DNA of 63,498 nucleotides, counting the filler, from Octopus bimaculoides (taxonomy: Eukaryota), in assembly GCF_001194135.2 (NCBI RefSeq). It is 4 parts of 4 records of this genome, joined end to end, with 100 filler letters (N's around TTAATTAATTAA, not from the genome) between each part and the next. Parts side by side here need not be neighbours in the genome. Positions count along the whole stretch, not along the records: positions 43,372 to 61,587 come from NC_068995.1; positions 61,688 to 63,498 come from NC_068981.1; 2 more parts are not named here. One strand, given 5' to 3'. Positions 60,076-63,498 of the stretch are shown here, piece by piece; position 1 is the first letter of the stretch; each line of letters begins with the position of its first letter. The notes beneath the pieces were generated by a model. It was given only the letters and a program-made list of their open reading frames with translations. It made no database searches and had not been told where the DNA came from. The translations under genes and the position numbers were made by a program.

Positions 60076-60296
60076 CTATATGTATATATAAAACTTACTT
60101 GGAAAAGGATGCGTGGCGTTCGGTCATATAATAACGTTAAACACAATGAGAAAAGAAAACATAAAAACGGAAATATAGAAAACGAACTTTATTTCGAACA
60201 ACAACAAAAAAAAACAAACAAACAGAGAAACGAGACATGCAACATAAAGAGTAGACCCCTTCATCAGTTGTCCTTGTTTCATCTACTCCGCGTTTC

Positions 60297-60337
<41 letters not shown>

Positions 60338-60500
60338 CGACGTGCTTTTTTCAGTTTCCATCTAACAAATCGATTCACAAGTCTTTGGTAGGCCCGAGGC
60401 TATACCAGAAGACACTTGCACAAGGTACCATGTAGTGGGACTAAAATCGGAACCATGTTGTTTGGGAAGCAAGCTTCTTACCACACAGCCACGCCTGCGC
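59790..60500 (-). mobile_element. SINE family B with a ~210-bp insert (60090-60297) in its (TA)n
   Basis: Tail 59790-60000 and head 60335-60500 are separated by (TA)n-insert-(TA)n. Confidence 0.75.
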
Positions 60501-60502
60501 CC

Positions 60503-60559
<57 letters not shown>

Positions 60560-60673
60560 NNNNNNNNNNNNNNNNNNNNNNNNNNNNNNNNNNNNNNNNN
60601 NNNNNNNNNNNNNNNNNNNNNNNNNNNNNNNNNNNNNNNNNNNNNNNNNNNNNNNNNNNNNNNNNNNNNTAGA

Positions 60674-60710
<37 letters not shown>

Positions 60711-61316
60711 AGAGAGACGTTTAAAGTAGGAAGAAAGAAACGGCAGAGTAAAACTAAACGAAAATAAGAAACAACTTATTAATGACAAAAAAAAAAAGAA
60801 ATGAAGAAAATATGACAAAGTAAAGACAATAAAAAGCAACAATAAAAATATCAAAAGCGAAATAATAAAAAAAAAGAAAGAAAGAAAGAGAAAAGAATGG
60901 TTTTAGTAATTCTAGTGGAATTGGTCAGAGTTAATGGTGGACACTGGAGATTTGCGAAGACAACAAGTAACACTATCACCACCACCATCGCCAAAACAAC
61001 ATCAAAAACAACAACAGTAACAACAATAGTAATAATTATAATAATAATAATATGATGATGATGATGGTATGGTTGTGGTGGTGGTGGTGGTGAGGAGGAG
61101 GAGGATAACAAGTTTGTTAATTTCTTGCTTCGATAAAAATTCGTCTCATGGAAGACAAAACATAGAGAAAATGACTTCGTTTTAAAGAAAAGTAAAGAAA
61201 TAGTTTAGAAAATGCAAAGTAATCAAGTTACAATTGCAGAATAGACAGTGGAACGATGGTTCTGTTAATTTGGTCAAGAAAATAATAAAATGAAAAATGA
61301 AATGAAATATGGACAG

Positions 61317-61392
61317 AGAAGAAGAAGAAGAAGAAGAAGAAGAAGAAGAAGAAGAAGAAGAAGAAGAAGAAGAAGAAGAAGAAGAAGAAGAA
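61317..61392. repeat. (GAA)n microsatellite
   Basis: Direct reading. Confidence 0.95.
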
Positions 61393-61687
61393 AATAGAAA
61401 GGAATTGGGTGGAATGGTAAAAAAAAAAATATTAATTGGACATCTCAACGCAGTCGTTAATTAACGAGAAAATATTGGTCTCAGTTCAACAAAAATGACA
61501 GCAACTAACGTTTGACAGATTTCGTTAATCACAGGAGATGCGTTTCCTGAAAATAAAGAATAAAAATAAAATTAAGTAAAATTAAATNNNNNNNNNNNNN
61601 NNNNNNNNNNNNNNNNNNNNNNNNNNNNNNNTTAATTAATTAANNNNNNNNNNNNNNNNNNNNNNNNNNNNNNNNNNNNNNNNNNNN

Positions 61688-61724
<37 letters not shown>

Positions 61725-61728
<4 letters not shown>

Positions 61729-61859
61729 TTAGCCACAATTTATGTTTCTAGCACTAGCTAAATGATAACTAAGTTATTTTACTAAATTCTTTGTTATATT
61801 TAAAGTAATTGAAAGAAACACAGAGCATCTCAAAATAAATACAGTAACGGAAGGGTTAA
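61725..61859. mobile_element. Possible piggyBac-type non-autonomous element end
   Basis: Ends ...gtaacggaaGGG followed by TTAA. The partner end is not seen. Confidence 0.35.
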
Positions 61860-62107
61860 AACAAAGTTGTTACAGAAACAATTGTAACTGGTCATAAAAG
61901 ATGTGATTTATTCTTTCTTTGTCTTCTGATTTGGATTATATTTTACTCTTTGTTAAACCCACATATTGGTTTTATTGATGTGATACCTGGATTTTCTACA
62001 CCTGAAAGATTTCAAACTTACTTATGACTTCAATTCAAAAGTGTAGATAGTCTCAAATTAGTGTTGAATGCTGCATTGGAAAAATGTTTTTTTTTTATAC
62101 CCTTCCA

Positions 62108-62190
62108 GGATCTCCTGTCAAACCGTCCAACCCATGCCAGTATAGGAAATGGACGTTAAGCAATGATGGTGATTATGATGATGATGATGT
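62108..62190 (+). mobile_element. RTE LINE 3' tip with (GAT)n tail
   Basis: cctgtcaaaccgtccaacccatgccagtataggaaatggacgttaag...gatgatgatgatg. Confidence 0.8.
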
Positions 62191-62258
62191 TATCTTATAG
62201 TTGTATATAAGTCAGAAAAAGCACACTCTAATAGGAAAATGGAGCAGTTATAATTTTA

Positions 62259-62423
62259 TATTGCCAAGAAATATACTCCTGGTTATGGCATATACCTGGT
62301 CAGAATGTTACTATCAGTTTTGTTCTGATTGTTGCCATTGCCAAGTGCATTAATTGGTGCAAAACCATTGGTAACATTCCAGTGAGTTATATGTCATAAC
62401 CAGGAATCTACTGCCCGACAATA
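62259..62423. mobile_element. Decayed palindromic MITE-like element
   Basis: tattgccaagaaatatactcctggttatggcatata versus the reverse complement of the right end, tattgtcgggcagtagattcctggttatgacatata (28/36 by eye). A further inner match gaatgttac is present. Confidence 0.55.
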
Positions 62424-62507
62424 TAAAGATATATATTTTTACACACACTTAAACACACACACACACACACAGATGCACACAAACATGCAAATATATGTTT
62501 ACATATA

Positions 62508-62552
<45 letters not shown>

Positions 62553-62690
62553 CATGTCTCCATTGAATTGTGTGTGTGTTTGTTTGTGCATGTGTGTGTG
62601 TATGTGTGTATGCATGTGTATATGCATGTGTGTGTGCACATATGTGTATACATGTGTGAATGTATGTATGAATTAATATAGCTAGATGGT

Positions 62691-62737
<47 letters not shown>

Positions 62738-63169
62738 CCATCTATCTATATATATTAAATCATACATACATTCACACATGTATACACATATGTGCACACA
62801 CACACATGCATACACACACACACATGCATACACACACACGCNNNNNNNNNNATACACACACACACATGCATACACACACACGCACGCACACACACACACA
62901 CACACAATTCAATAGAGACACAACAACATTGTCACCTTGAACAGCACAAAGACCTCAATCTCTACCCATATGAAAAAAGAGACAATCTTATAGCACAGCC
63001 TCCTTGTGCATGAACAGCATCCAACAATATCGCCACTATCTATAACAATATCACAGCCTCCTCCCCAACACCAGCCGACCTTCTGTTGCTACCACTTTTC
63101 CTCACCACAAACAATTTAACCATCATAAACAGCTATACTTTTACTGACATCACTAAAGACAGTAACCTT

Positions 63170-63498
63170 GTCTCTTTGCCACACCACCACTGCTAACCAA
63201 CTCTGCCACACCACCACTGCTAACCAGCTTTGCCACCACTACTAACACTACTAACACCATTACCATTATCAACACTATCATTATCACCACCGTTATTACC
63301 ACTGTCATCACTACCAAAAGTACCACCACTGCCACCACTGCCACTGCCACTGCCACCACCTTGAGCTGCTACTGCTGCCACCACTGTCGTTGCCACCGCC
63401 ATCACCACCACCACTACCACCGATGACTATCAAAAATAACAACAACACATTCACGTTCTTAACCACAAGTCTCACTAACAACAAACGCCACCACAACC
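63170..63498. repeat. (CAC/CAT/ACT)n low-complexity tract with a 27-bp tandem duplication
   Basis: tgccacaccaccactgctaacca occurs twice near 63177-63226. Confidence 0.85.

Noticed and set aside
12947-60854. Long ORFs in the supplied track containing X runs or poly-IY/TH/CV/H/P/V
   Set aside because: They arise from N gaps and microsatellites, not coding sequence.

Overview
AT-rich, repeat-saturated animal genomic DNA from a gapped draft scaffold (about 19 N-runs of 250 bp or more, plus three 100-bp N44-TTAATTAATTAA-N44 spacers). The repeat landscape looks like octopus/coleoid cephalopod DNA; this is my recollection of the families and is not database-checked. I recognise no intact host gene. 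The contents are: decayed mariner (DD34D), maT-like and Chapaev-like DNA transposons; Helentron/Helitron-type non-autonomous elements; RTE, R4/Dong, Tx1/L1, I/Jockey-group and Penelope-like retroelements; a Gypsy pol fragment; three tRNA-derived SINE families; many microsatellites; and a processed RPL5 pseudogene split by a Helentron-type element. Main points of interest: (i) an (AAT)n-centred nest at 33-38.6 kb in which R4/Dong 3' ends are twice fused head-to-head with Tx1 pieces; (ii) a SINE family whose last ~30 nt match the Tx1 3' end; (iii) one structurally complete and two decayed minimal hammerhead-ribozyme motifs; (iv) a 1.4-kb modular foldback element; (v) a sharp CpG-decayed to CpG-retaining switch at ~21.1 kb; (vi) weak candidate exons. 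All translations and alignments were done by eye, and element boundaries are approximate unless TIRs are quoted.
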